NCBI GenBank assembly: GCA_965203315.1
Contig: OZ241857.1
Coordinates: 1,024,001 to 1,088,000 of the forward strand
Direction of reading: 5' to 3'
From: Nitrosopumilus sp.
GTDB taxonomy: Archaea; Thermoproteota; Nitrososphaeria; Nitrososphaerales; Nitrosopumilaceae
DNA length: 64,000 nucleotides
Shown: in pieces, positions 48,758 through 59,723 of the stretch
Numbering within the stretch: position 1 is the stretch's first letter
Layout of the letters: every line of letters begins with the position of its first letter
Position numbers and translations under genes: made by a program
Notes under the pieces: generated by a model
Database searches by the model: none
Told to the model about the DNA's origin: nothing
The model's input: the letters and a program-made list of their open reading frames with translations, nothing else

Positions 48758-50289
48758 AGACATTATGCGTTAGTCGTTTTCAACGATACCAAAGCTAGTT
48801 GAAATTCGTAAGTTATTGCGTCAACGTCATTACACAAGTGTCTAAAATTAGAATATCTCATTCAACTTTGCAAATACAATCAAAATATTGCGTTAATGTA
48901 CATGAATGTACAGGAATACAGTAAATCATAAACAGATAATGGTATCCTGTATTGCATTGTGATGTTTTAGCCGTATCTCTTTCTCAATTTGTTGGCACGC
49001 CGATGATATGCACGCAATAGCTTGTCAAATCTCTTGGTTGACCGATCGCGTCTTTTGTCCCATAATATGCCTGCATTTACAAGTGCTGCTACCTCTTCGA
49101 TTCTTTTTTCTAAATCAGGTTCAACACATTCAATTTGTTGTTGCATGTGACGATACTGCTTGATCATTCCTATGGAATTTTCAACCACCACGCGTTCTGA
49201 GCTGTGATCTCGGTTAAACTCTTTCTGCTCTTTGGTGAGCTCGCCGCCACGAGGTTTTTTGAATGGTACGATAAAGTTTGTTCCTGGAAATATACTCTCG
49301 CCACCTTGGTATGCAGAATCCTGACGCATCTTTATTCTCTCTTTACGTGGAGTTGATGGATCTCTCATCTTGTCTTCCCATTTACCAAATCCCAATTTCC
49401 ACTCTTTGAGTATGGTTATCTCGTGCGTACTGCCATAGTATAATGGACTCATAGTTAGGATCAGCTTTTCTTTGTTCACCATCACTAGAATTACACAAGT
49501 GTGTTTCTTTAGTTTGCCAGACCTTGACCACGTTTCTAACTGAGAATCTGATGGTATATCGATTATGAAATGAGTCCCATCAATTGCAGTCTTTAAGCGA
49601 GGAATCCATTCTCGTAGATCTTGTAATGTTTTACATTTAGAGATCTGGTCTGCTATATCTATTGGTCTTGTCCAAGATTGATTCAGGAATCTACGTACAT
49701 GTCTAGTATGTCTAGAGACATTGCTTTGACTCATATCAAATATGGACCCAATCACATCTTGAGTCATTCCAGCTCGAGTAGACATAAACTCCATCAACAT
49801 GACAGCTGTTGTGCTTAATACTGACACCTTTCCTCGTCCAACATTAACGCCAGAGTATTGTGGTATCTTTGGTTCACCATCTAGTTTCTCTTTACGTCTC
49901 TTGTTGAGTTGATCATTGCGTCTCTCTCTAATTGATTCATCTTTGATGTATTGTTTGTATTCTTTATCATACAGCGCGAATAGATTGGGAGTCATTTTTG
50001 TGAATTTATACAAAGTAGTTGGTTTGGAGAGGATCCTCTTACAAAAATCATCAACCTTTTCTGTTTTCTGTCTGTAAAAATTAGGTTTATTGTTCGCCTC
50101 TTGGTCGAGTTGTTCTGCAACAGTATCTCGTTGTTGCTCTAGTTCACTAACAGTCTGCTCTAACTCTTTTACTCTTTGCTGGAGACACAGTATTTGTCCG
50201 TTTGACGTACTAGTTTTTTGACTCAATGATTGCTATTTTTAGACCTACGATCTAAGTGTTTCGGTCAAAACGACTAACGCATAATGTCT
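48758..50289 (-). mobile_element. IS5-family (ISL2/DDE_Tnp_4-like) element
   Basis: 23-bp perfect TIR AGACATTATGCGTTAGTCGTTTT and 3-bp TSD TAT. Confidence 0.93.
48967..50226 (-). CDS. IS5-family DDE transposase
   Basis: AIDGTH, QDSAYQG, PFKKPRGGELT and RVVVENSIGMIKQY motifs. Confidence 0.93.
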   Translation of the reverse strand: MSQKTSTSNGQILCLQQRVKELEQTVSELEQQRDTVAEQLDQEANNKPNFYRQKTEKVDDFCKRILSKPTTLYKFTKMTPNLFALYDKEYKQYIKDESIRERRNDQLNKRRKEKLDGEPKIPQYSGVNVGRGKVSVLSTTAVMLMEFMSTRAGMTQDVIGSIFDMSQSNVSRHTRHVRRFLNQSWTRPIDIADQISKCKTLQDLREWIPRLKTAIDGTHFIIDIPSDSQLETWSRSGKLKKHTCVILVMVNKEKLILTMSPLYYGSTHEITILKEWKLGFGKWEDKMRDPSTPRKERIKMRQDSAYQGGESIFPGTNFIVPFKKPRGGELTKEQKEFNRDHSSERVVVENSIGMIKQYRHMQQQIECVEPDLEKRIEEVAALVNAGILWDKRRDRSTKRFDKLLRAYHRRANKLRKRYG

Positions 50290-50917
50290 TATAAGTAATA
50301 AACTGATTCAACTAGGTATGGAAGAATCATATGCAATATTATTGGTCAAGATTGTGATTAAGCAGGCTCCTACCACTAGTTATCAGATAAGTATACTAGC
50401 AAAAATTTCTAGTAAAGAATTTGTAGAAAAAATACCTCACATAATGCATGATATGTGGACAAATCGAATTTCGCCGATCGAATTATCAAAGAAATATACC
50501 GTTACTTTAGAATTTGTACAATACTTTATGAGTTTCTCTCGTGAATGTATGAACAAATTACAGCGCAGAAACATATCTGTTGATAGTCTTAAACAATTTT
50601 GTTTAAATGAAGGACTACCTAATTCAAGCACAGATGTACTAATTAAAACGTTTCAAACGTACGAAAATTTTTGGCACGATATGATTGTATTTACAAATGT
50701 TCAAGACAGTATTGCAGAGTTACGTATGATACGCGCAGAAAATCAAGAAATAAAAGAAACCGTGAAAGAAATACTCAAATACATGAAAAAAACAACTGAT
50801 ACATCTAATCATAGTTTTTTTCAATAATTGGTAAAGCTACCAAAGACCCTATTCATAATTCTCTTTTGGCTCGTATGGTGCTCTAGTTTTTTACCATTTT
50901 GTCAACACATTTCAGTA

Positions 50918-51112
50918 GGTTCTGTTCAATTGACGGAGGTTGAGATCGTTATGACGTTATCTCAAAGAACCCACAATATCTGACTCAAAGCATCAGCAAT
51001 TTATGATAGCCGGCATGAGGCCATTTCCATATTTTGCAAAATTTTTCGAGAATTTTGTGTAGAAAATGCCAACCCCTCCCCTCCCCTCCCCCCCCGTTAA
51101 TTGAACAGAACC
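50918..51112. mobile_element. MITE, family A, with expanded (CCCCT)n tract
   Basis: GGTTCTGTTCAATT TIRs. C-rich expansion at 51073-51095. Confidence 0.85.
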
Positions 51113-51467
51113 CATAGCACATGTCTGTATACAACATACAATTTCTACATAAAATCCACTTCGTTAAAACTTCAGATCCAACTTGTGTTGAAATAGACCC
51201 CTTGTTTCGCTATTGATCTGACTCTTAACTTTTCACCTTTTGTTTATGATATCGTATGATTCACATTTGTCATCAGACTTTCTTGCGCCTTTCATTTCAC
51301 GTATAATTCTACAAGTAGAGATGATATCCTACAACCGTCTGTAAAATATTCTTTTGTGTCAGATTCACTAATACGCATTGCATTTGCAAGTTCAGCCATG
51401 TTCTATATGGATTCATTATCGTTATCTTGGTTTAAAAGATTAGGCTCGCTCTTTTGTATAAAATAGA

Positions 51468-54400
51468 TTATGGATCTGGACAACCGTCGGTATCTCGATC
51501 ACCATCATAGTCCTCTGGTTCTGATACACATTGATCTTGATCATCTATGATTCCGTCTAGATCAGAGTCATGTACAAAGCGTTGTTGTTCCGGAATTATA
51601 TCTGGACAACCGTCGGTATCTCGATACTTGTTCCATGTCTCGGGTTGAAGTGGACAAGAGTCAAGTTCGTCCCGATAACCGTCCTTGTCTGTATCATATA
51701 CAGGCGGTATAACAGATTCAGCGCCTGGTACATCTGGGCAGCCGTCAAAGTCTAGATAGTTGTTATAGTTTTCTGGTTCGTCAACACAAGAGTCCCATCT
51801 ATCGTCTATACCGTCAGAGTCGGTATCTGAGAATACAAATCTAGGTACAGTAGATTGGGGTGCTTGGTCAGGACAGCCGTCGGTATCTTGGTATCTGTTG
51901 TATGTCTCGGGAGCATCAACACAAGAGTCTACACTGTCTGATATGCCGTCATTGTCACGATCTATTAGCAAGTTAATATCATCAGGACAGCCGTCGGTAT
52001 CGTCGATTCCATTAAAGGTCTCTGGCTCGTTTGGACATCTATCCAAATAGTCTAGAATATTATCACCGTCAGAGTCGGAGACTCCTCCTTCTTCAGGTAC
52101 AACATCAGGGCAGCCGTCTGCATCTTGGTATCTGTTGTATGTCTCGGGTTGGTTTGGGCAGAGATCTATATCATTAAAGATTGCGTCTCGATCATAATCT
52201 GATGTTCGTACATGCATGATCGAGTCTGGGCAGCCGTCATCGTCTTGAAAGTTGTTGAATCTCTCGGCAACTAGAGGGCATTGGTCTACACTATCTGGAT
52301 ATCCATCATAGTCTGAATCTATTGGAGTAGCAGATGCTACATTTACTCCTGGTACATCTGGGCAGCCGTCAAAGTCTAGATAGTTGTTATAGTTTTCTGG
52401 TTCGTCAACACAAGAGTCCCATCTATCGTCTATACCGTCAGAGTCGGTATCCGGGAATACAAATCTGGGTGTATCTGATCCTGGTGCTTGGTCAGGACAA
52501 CCGTCGGTATCTTGGTATCTGTTGTATGTCTCTGGAGCATCGGGACACTGGTCTACATTATCAAGAATTAGATCACCGTCAGAGTCACTGTTTGGAGCTC
52601 TGTCTGGGCAGCCGTCGGTATCATCAAAGTTGTTGTAAGTCTCGGGTTGGTTTGGACAGAGATCTCTACTATCAATTATCAGATCATTGTCCGAGTCATA
52701 ATCGGATGGAGATTCGTCTAGACTGTCAGGACAACCGTCGGTATCTTGGTATCTGTTGTATGTCTCTTTGATGTACACACACTGATCAAATGGATCGTTT
52801 ATTCCATCGCCATCAGAGTCGCCAGTAGATATGAACTCGACTGTGTCTGGACAACCGTCGGTATCTTGAAACTTGTTATAGTTTTCTCGTAATAGAGGAC
52901 ATGCATCTTCCGAGTCAGGTATTGTATCATAGTCGGTGTCAACTATGCTGTTTGGATTAGCGCCTGGTACATCTGGGCAGCCGTCAAAGTCTAGATAGTT
53001 GTTATAGTTTTCTGGTTCGTCAACACAAGAGTCCCATCTATCGTCTATACCGTCAGAGTCGGTATCCGGGAATACAAATCTGGGTGTATCTGATCCTGGT
53101 GCTTGGTCAGGACAACCGTCGGTATCTTGGTATCTGTTGTATGTCTCTGGAGCATCGGGACACTGGTCTACATTATCAAGAATTAGATCACCGTCAGAGT
53201 CACTGTTTGGAGCTCTGTCTGGGCAGCCGTCGGTATCATCAAAGTTGTTGTAAGTCTCGGGTTGGTTTGGACAGAGATCTCTACTATCAATTATCAGATC
53301 ATTGTCCGAGTCATAATCGGATGGAGATTCGTCTAGACTGTCAGGACAACCGTCGGTATCTTGGTATCTGTTGTATGTCTCTTTGATGTACACACACTGA
53401 TCAAATGGATCGTTTATTCCATCGCCATCAGAGTCGCCAGTAGATATGAACTCGACTGTGTCTGGACAACCGTCGGTATCTTGAAACTTGTTATAGTTTT
53501 CTCGTAATAGAGGACATGCATCTTCCGAGTCAGGTATTGTATCATAGTCGGTGTCAACTATGCTGTTTGGATTAGCGCCTGGTACATCTGGGCAGCCGTC
53601 AAAGTCTAGATAGTTGTTATAGTTTTCTGGTTCGTCAACACAAGAGTCCCATCTATCGTCTATACCGTCAGAGTCGGTATCCGGGAATACAAATCTGGGT
53701 GTATCTGATCCTGGTGCTTGGTCAGGACAACCGTCGGTATCTTGGTATCTGTTGTATGTCTCGGGTTCGTCAACACAAGAGTCTACACTGTCTGATATGC
53801 CATCATTGTCACGATCTGTTAGTGAGTTAATATCATCAGGACAACCGTCGGTATCGTCGATTCCATTAAAGGTCTCTGGTTCGTTTGGACATCTATCTAA
53901 ATAATCTGCAAGTCCATCAGCATCAGAGTCAGGAATTCCCCCTGGATCATCGGTCGAGTCAGGACACCCATCTGCATCTTGAAATCTATTCCATGTCTCA
54001 GGATGGTAAGGACATTGATCTATATCGTCAAATATTGAATCGTTATCTATATCGGTTATTCTCACATATATCGCAACATCGGGACAGCCATCATCGTCTT
54101 GAAAGTTGTTGAACCTCTCGGCAGCTAGAGGGCACTTGTCTATGCCATCTAGATATCCATCATTGTCAGAGTCTATTGGGAGACCGACAGACAAGGCGCC
54201 TGGTACATCAGGACAGCCGTCAAAGTCTAGATAGTTGTTATAGTTTTCTGGTTCGTCAACACAAGAGTCCCATCTATCGTCTATACCGTCAGAGTCGGTA
54301 TCCGGGAATACAAATCTGGGTGTATCTGATCCTGGTGCTTGGTCAGGACAACCGTCGGTATCTTGGTATCTGTTGTATGTCTCGGGTTCGTCAACACAAG

Positions 54401-54887
54401 AGTCTACACTGTCTGATATGCCATCATTGTCACGATCTGTTAGTGAGTTAATATCATCAGGACAACCGTCGGTATCGTCGATTCCATTAAAGGTCTCTGG
54501 TTCGTTTGGACATCTATCTAAATAATCTGCAAATCCATCAGCATCAGAGTCGATAAACATAGATGTACCGCCAGGTGCAACATCGGGACATCCATCAGCA
54601 TCTTCAAAGTTGTTGTATGTCTCTTTTACAGTTGGGCATGAATCTATATGATCTTGGACACCATCAGAGTCGGCATCATACCACGGAACAAAGTCTGCAG
54701 GACAACCATCGATGTTGTTCCCATACTGTGGATCATAATCTTCAAGTAGATGTGGACATTTATCCACTCTGTTTGGAACACCATCACCATCGTTATCTAG
54801 CTCTGATGCCGCGCTAGTTAGTGATGTCGTACTAAAAGCTAGAACTGCAATCAATAATAGCGTAAATAAGTATCGCTTCATTACCAA
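51468..54887 (-). CDS. Secreted thrombospondin type-3 repeat (Ca-binding) protein
   Basis: Signal peptide and tandem DxDxDG..D..DxCP..PETYN..xDxDGCPD units. Confidence 0.93.
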   Translation of the reverse strand: MVMKRYLFTLLLIAVLAFSTTSLTSAASELDNDGDGVPNRVDKCPHLLEDYDPQYGNNIDGCPADFVPWYDADSDGVQDHIDSCPTVKETYNNFEDADGCPDVAPGGTSMFIDSDADGFADYLDRCPNEPETFNGIDDTDGCPDDINSLTDRDNDGISDSVDSCVDEPETYNRYQDTDGCPDQAPGSDTPRFVFPDTDSDGIDDRWDSCVDEPENYNNYLDFDGCPDVPGALSVGLPIDSDNDGYLDGIDKCPLAAERFNNFQDDDGCPDVAIYVRITDIDNDSIFDDIDQCPYHPETWNRFQDADGCPDSTDDPGGIPDSDADGLADYLDRCPNEPETFNGIDDTDGCPDDINSLTDRDNDGISDSVDSCVDEPETYNRYQDTDGCPDQAPGSDTPRFVFPDTDSDGIDDRWDSCVDEPENYNNYLDFDGCPDVPGANPNSIVDTDYDTIPDSEDACPLLRENYNKFQDTDGCPDTVEFISTGDSDGDGINDPFDQCVYIKETYNRYQDTDGCPDSLDESPSDYDSDNDLIIDSRDLCPNQPETYNNFDDTDGCPDRAPNSDSDGDLILDNVDQCPDAPETYNRYQDTDGCPDQAPGSDTPRFVFPDTDSDGIDDRWDSCVDEPENYNNYLDFDGCPDVPGANPNSIVDTDYDTIPDSEDACPLLRENYNKFQDTDGCPDTVEFISTGDSDGDGINDPFDQCVYIKETYNRYQDTDGCPDSLDESPSDYDSDNDLIIDSRDLCPNQPETYNNFDDTDGCPDRAPNSDSDGDLILDNVDQCPDAPETYNRYQDTDGCPDQAPGSDTPRFVFPDTDSDGIDDRWDSCVDEPENYNNYLDFDGCPDVPGVNVASATPIDSDYDGYPDSVDQCPLVAERFNNFQDDDGCPDSIMHVRTSDYDRDAIFNDIDLCPNQPETYNRYQDADGCPDVVPEEGGVSDSDGDNILDYLDRCPNEPETFNGIDDTDGCPDDINLLIDRDNDGISDSVDSCVDAPETYNRYQDTDGCPDQAPQSTVPRFVFSDTDSDGIDDRWDSCVDEPENYNNYLDFDGCPDVPGAESVIPPVYDTDKDGYRDELDSCPLQPETWNKYRDTDGCPDIIPEQQRFVHDSDLDGIIDDQDQCVSEPEDYDGDRDTDGCPDP

Positions 54888-56540
54888 GTGTTGTTGTTTT
54901 ATCGTATTTATTAAGTCTCACGATAAAGGCTTTTGCTGAATTGTGTGGTGTTAAGTTTATGTTCAAAAAAGATCGACAAGAGATAACACTCTAGACTAAT
55001 GATCTTTGGAAACCATCCCCACTAGATTTAGCTGTTTCTTACTGTCAAGATCCACATGTCTCTTGGCGCTGTAAAATAGATAGTTGGTTGGTCAGAGTCT
55101 CCAATATCTCAAACTTGTCTCTCTAATGGTTTGATGAGACAGCGGTCTTGCATATTATGCTCGTTTATTTTATCTAAAAAAAATACTATTGATTTGTAGA
55201 GTTCTGTTATCAAGGATTGGTATTCTCTGCACAAAATTCTCAATTTTGCAAGTATAGAAATTGTCGTGTACAGACTATTGTGAATCGCTATGGTTTTGAA
55301 TCACATACTGTTATATTATTTGCAACAACGTCTTCACTGTCTTAACCTCTACCAAGCTGACACTCTTGATCGACAAACATAGCTGAAAGTTTATTTCTGT
55401 TCATAACTATATCTGATACAATAAATCAATTTGATGTCATATCACAGAGTATGTTATTCTCATCATCTTGAGATTGGTTTACTTTAACTCTAAAGAAAAT
55501 TGGATGGGCAAACAAATGCTCTACAAAAGAGTACAAATGAGAGTACATGATGGCCAGTATTTGGGTCCGATTACTCTCACAAAGCAGTTACAAAATCACA
55601 TAAACAGAACCGCTACAACAATATGATAAAAAAGTACAAAAAGTATTGAATAACTCAACTACTGTAAAGCAAAAACGTTGCAATTAGGTTCGTTGAGAAA
55701 ACACTCTTACTCTATGTGGTATCGGGATTGACATAATAGTAAAAGGCACAAAATGGAAAAAGATTACCTGATTTGCCTATATACCTAGATGGTTACGTAG
55801 GTAACATCAATGACAAGTCTACAAACATGCAACACCAGATAATGCAATCAGAGTGTTGAGAAAAGATATCAAAAATGGCGGCCACGAGTTCTATCTGATC
55901 GTAAGACATAATTTATGTCTACAAAAAATCAAAAAACGTGCGTAATATATTATGAAAGTAAACACCACATAAAGCAAATATTTGTAAAAGCAAATCATTA
56001 GACTAGTGACAAGTTGGAGATATTCTTTATTATATTTGAATTAGAAATTAAACATTCCGAAATCATAAGAGCATACACCAGACAAAGATAGACTTCATTT
56101 CTCACCAGATATTGGTGATAAAACACTATCAACTACATTTAAAACAAAATGCGCCAGTGCTAAAATTAAAAATAATTCCAACGGAGGCAAACGAATAGTC
56201 CGATGAATTTAAACGGTTTCAGTACAGTACATACCTCTACGATCGATCATAAAATGTGATCTTGTGACTCGAATATAATTACAAATCATGACTTTACGAT
56301 TGTATAAAAATTGTAGACGCCCAAAGACGCCAACTGTCAGATTAGCCTGTTTGGTATAAGAGTAATTTTTGAAATTCTTGGTTAATTTGATGTTACTCTG
56401 ACTTGAGATTCTATCTTTAGAACCACTTGTAGATCTTTATGTTTTATCTAATTTGCATGTTTTTAGGCTCATATTTGGACAAACTGTGTTTACTGATCGA
56501 CCTATATGATTTATAAAACGATTATTGGGGTTTTAACTTT

Positions 56541-56993
56541 ATGGCAAAAGTGTATGACGTACCTGCAGATATGCTAATAAAACAACTTGCAGAGACTCTA
56601 AAAGATGAGGGCATCTCTGCACCCACTTGGACTCCATTTGTAAAGACAGGAGCTCATGCAGATCGACCTCCACATGACAGAGACTGGTGGTATACTAGAT
56701 GTGCGTCACTATTGAGAAAGATATATCTTCATGGCCCTATTGGTATTAACGAATTACGAGTAAAATACGGCGGTGGCAAACCCTCAGGATATGGAGCTGC
56801 ACATCATAGAGACGCCGGAGGTGCAATAATACGAAACGCTGTTCATGGTTTAGAAAAGCTAGGATATATAGAGAAAGCAGACAAGAAGGGTCGAATCATA
56901 TCGTCTAAAGGAATGAAGAAACTTGATCAGATGGCAACCAAAATTCTCAAATCGATGACGGAGAGTAATTCAAAATTAGAGATTTATAGATAG
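56541..56993 (+). CDS. rps19e: 30S ribosomal protein S19e
   Basis: FVKTGAH..RPP...DWWYTRCASLLRKIY motif. Confidence 0.97.
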   Translation: MAKVYDVPADMLIKQLAETLKDEGISAPTWTPFVKTGAHADRPPHDRDWWYTRCASLLRKIYLHGPIGINELRVKYGGGKPSGYGAAHHRDAGGAIIRNAVHGLEKLGYIEKADKKGRIISSKGMKKLDQMATKILKSMTESNSKLEIYR

Positions 56994-57000
56994 ATCTAAA

Positions 57001-57267
57001 ATGAGCTTCGATGAACCTATAGAAAATAATGAAGAGATGTCTGCTCAAAAAGAGAGCATCTTGAAGCAGATACTCAGTCCAGATGCACGGATGCGGTTGG
57101 GCAACATAAAGATGGTAAAACCAGAGATCTCTAACATGGTAGAACAATATCTTATAACAATGGCAACTCAGGGCAAGATTCACGAACAAATATCTGATGA
57201 ACAATTCAAGCAGATACTATTATCAATCCAACAGCCAAAACGAGACTTTAAGTTTAATCGTCGTTAA
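57001..57267 (+). CDS. PDCD5-like dsDNA-binding protein
   Basis: LKQILSPDARMRLGNIKMVKPE motif, following rps19e. Confidence 0.9.
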   Translation: MSFDEPIENNEEMSAQKESILKQILSPDARMRLGNIKMVKPEISNMVEQYLITMATQGKIHEQISDEQFKQILLSIQQPKRDFKFNRR

Positions 57268-57483
57268 TTGAGTCGATATAATACTGAGGGTACAATATCA
57301 GGTTGCCGTTGAAACCAGGCATGATTTGTACTAGAATCTCTAGTTGACACGCTTGAATATCATGACAACATGAGACTATATCTCAAAAGTAGAGATCATA
57401 AATTATCAGATGATGAAACGTCATGCCTGAGAGCATAGCTGTCAAACCTAAAATATAATTATAGGCAAAAAATTGGATAATTA

Positions 57484-58563
57484 ATGAAAGCTGTAGTATA
57501 TCACGAATATGCACCTGATGACGATTATGCAAAGATTCTCAAAGTTGAGGATATTGATGAACCAAAGCCAAAACCAGACGAGGTCGTTTTTAAGGTAAAG
57601 GCAGCAGCACTAAACTATAATGATATCTGGGGAATGCGTGGCCAGCCAGTAGCTGTTCCGTTGCCCCATGTGTCCGGATCGGATGCGGCTGGAGACGTAA
57701 TTGCAGTCGGTGAGGACGTAAAGGATATCAAAGTAGGAGATAGAGTAGTGTCTCACTCCAACATGGCTTGCCGTGTATGTAAAGCATGTACAGATGGTCG
57801 TGAGTTTGATTGTACACGTAGAACGATCTGGGGATTCCAGACTGGACCAACTTGGGGAGCCTATCAAGAGGTTACACATCTACCAGAGGTCAACATATCA
57901 AAGATTCCCGATACTCTCTCATACCAAGATGCTGCGGCTGCATCCATGACTATATTGACTGCATGGCACATGTTAGTTGGACGTGCCAAGATCACACCAG
58001 GTCAGACGGTCTTGATCATGGGTGGTGGTTCTGGTGTCGGAAGTTTTGGAATTCAAATAGCAAAACTCTACAACTGTGATGTCATTGCGACTGCAAGTCC
58101 AGACAAACTAGACAAGTGTTTAGAACTTGGTGCAGACTTTGCAGTAGATCATAGAAAAGAAGACTGGCATAAAGAGGTACGAACAATAACAAAAGAGATT
58201 GCAAGGAGAAAGGGCGAACTGCCAGGAATCGATATATCTTTTGATCATATTGGTCAGACCCATTGGAACAAACAGTTAACTCTACTAAAGTATGGTGCAA
58301 CCCTCGTATCTTGTGGTGCAACAACAGGCTATGATGCCAAGACCGATCTAAGACACATCTTCTTTAAAGGAACCAACATTTTGGGATCTACTCAAGGAAC
58401 AAAAGCTGAACTAGATCAAGCAATCTATTGGATGGGTCAAGGAAAGATAAAGTCAGTCATCGATTCTACATACACATTCGAGCAGGCAGCCACAGCGCAT
58501 ACCAAGATGCTTACCGGAAAAGGACTCTTTGGCAAGATCATAATGAAGCCAGAGGGTGTCTAA
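57484..58563 (+). CDS. Zinc-binding MDR dehydrogenase/reductase
   Basis: PHVSGSDAAG, CRVCKAC..C structural Zn site and GGGSGVG motif. Confidence 0.9.
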   Translation: MKAVVYHEYAPDDDYAKILKVEDIDEPKPKPDEVVFKVKAAALNYNDIWGMRGQPVAVPLPHVSGSDAAGDVIAVGEDVKDIKVGDRVVSHSNMACRVCKACTDGREFDCTRRTIWGFQTGPTWGAYQEVTHLPEVNISKIPDTLSYQDAAAASMTILTAWHMLVGRAKITPGQTVLIMGGGSGVGSFGIQIAKLYNCDVIATASPDKLDKCLELGADFAVDHRKEDWHKEVRTITKEIARRKGELPGIDISFDHIGQTHWNKQLTLLKYGATLVSCGATTGYDAKTDLRHIFFKGTNILGSTQGTKAELDQAIYWMGQGKIKSVIDSTYTFEQAATAHTKMLTGKGLFGKIIMKPEGV

Positions 58564-58570
58564 TCTTTTT

Positions 58571-59434
58571 ATGACACTATACCGTAGTCTAATATTTGTT
58601 CCAGGAAATAATTCTAGATTTTTAAAAAAGGCTCAAACGTTGCGGGCAGATATTGTATGTCTTGATCTAGAAGACTCTGTACCAAAAGATCAAAAGACAG
58701 ATGCTCGCGAGATGATTCGTGGAGCTCTAGATTCCAAGTACGAGTCATCCATATTTGTGCGAACAAACTCACCTCAATCCGGGTTGATTCCTACTGATCT
58801 GAATTACATCATACATGAGGGCATAGATGGCATAGTCATACCAAAAGTGAATAATATTGACGAGCTAGAGTGTATCATAAAGATGATATCTGATTTAGAG
58901 GAGCAGTGCGGTTTGAAACAGTGTCAACTGATACCGTCTATCGAATCTGCGCTAGGTCTAGTAAATACATACCAAATAGCATCCACAAATAGAGTATCAG
59001 CTATAGTCTTTGGCGTCTTTGATCTACTAAACGATATTGGAGTCGAATATGCAAAAGACAATCAAATGATCAATCATGCTAGAGCTCAACTTGCACTTGC
59101 TACCCATGCAGCAAACATTCCTGCGATAGATGCGATATGGCAGGATCTCAAAGATAGTTCAGGACTAGAGAGTGACTGTAGATCTGGCAAGAGTCTTGGA
59201 TATGCAGGCAAGAGCATAATACATCCAGATCAGATAGACACGGTACATAGAATATTTCATCCAACAGAGTCCGAGATACAGTGGGCAGAGAAGGTTTGTA
59301 CTGCGTATCGTAATGCAAAGTCACTAGGCAAAGGTGCAACCACAGTAGATGGAAAGATGATTGATGAAGTTCACTACAAACAAGCCTTGTCTGTAATCAA
59401 AGTGTCAAAAGACACACAAGGATCAGATCTTTGA
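58571..59434 (+). CDS. CitE/HpcH-family CoA-ester lyase
   Basis: RSLIFVPG, DLEDSVP, IES, GKSIIHPDQ and DGKMID motifs. Confidence 0.9.
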   Translation: MTLYRSLIFVPGNNSRFLKKAQTLRADIVCLDLEDSVPKDQKTDAREMIRGALDSKYESSIFVRTNSPQSGLIPTDLNYIIHEGIDGIVIPKVNNIDELECIIKMISDLEEQCGLKQCQLIPSIESALGLVNTYQIASTNRVSAIVFGVFDLLNDIGVEYAKDNQMINHARAQLALATHAANIPAIDAIWQDLKDSSGLESDCRSGKSLGYAGKSIIHPDQIDTVHRIFHPTESEIQWAEKVCTAYRNAKSLGKGATTVDGKMIDEVHYKQALSVIKVSKDTQGSDL

Positions 59435-59723
59435 GATTGTAAACCATCAAACAATTCTGTGTAATGTTTGAGTTTAAATCTAGATCAAGACGGTCACGCT
59501 TACATCAATCATGATGTGGAGATGGATCTCTTCAATCGACAGGCCTTGACGAGTGCCGCATATGACAATTTATAGATTATAAACGACATATCGATACTGT
59601 GAATTTTCTACAATTGCGCTAAAAATGCGTAAAAATTTGGTTTTCATCAACGATTATTTCAAACCCACCTGCTGAAGATAATCATTGACCGATTTTAAAT
59701 ATATGATAGTCTAGACATAAATA

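Larger units (their letters stand above)
48564..50827 (+). pseudogene. Hypothetical gene (~242 aa) split by an IS5-family element
   Basis: Removing the IS and one TSD joins ...YDERTI-SNKLIQLG-MEESY... in frame. Confidence 0.85.

Noticed and set aside
52334-54817. Repeated plus-strand ORFs within the thrombospondin gene
   Set aside because: Antisense shadows of the repetitive minus-strand CDS.
55400-56200. Possible decayed transposase
   Set aside because: A-rich coding-like fragments, but no convincing DDE motif or TIRs could be read.
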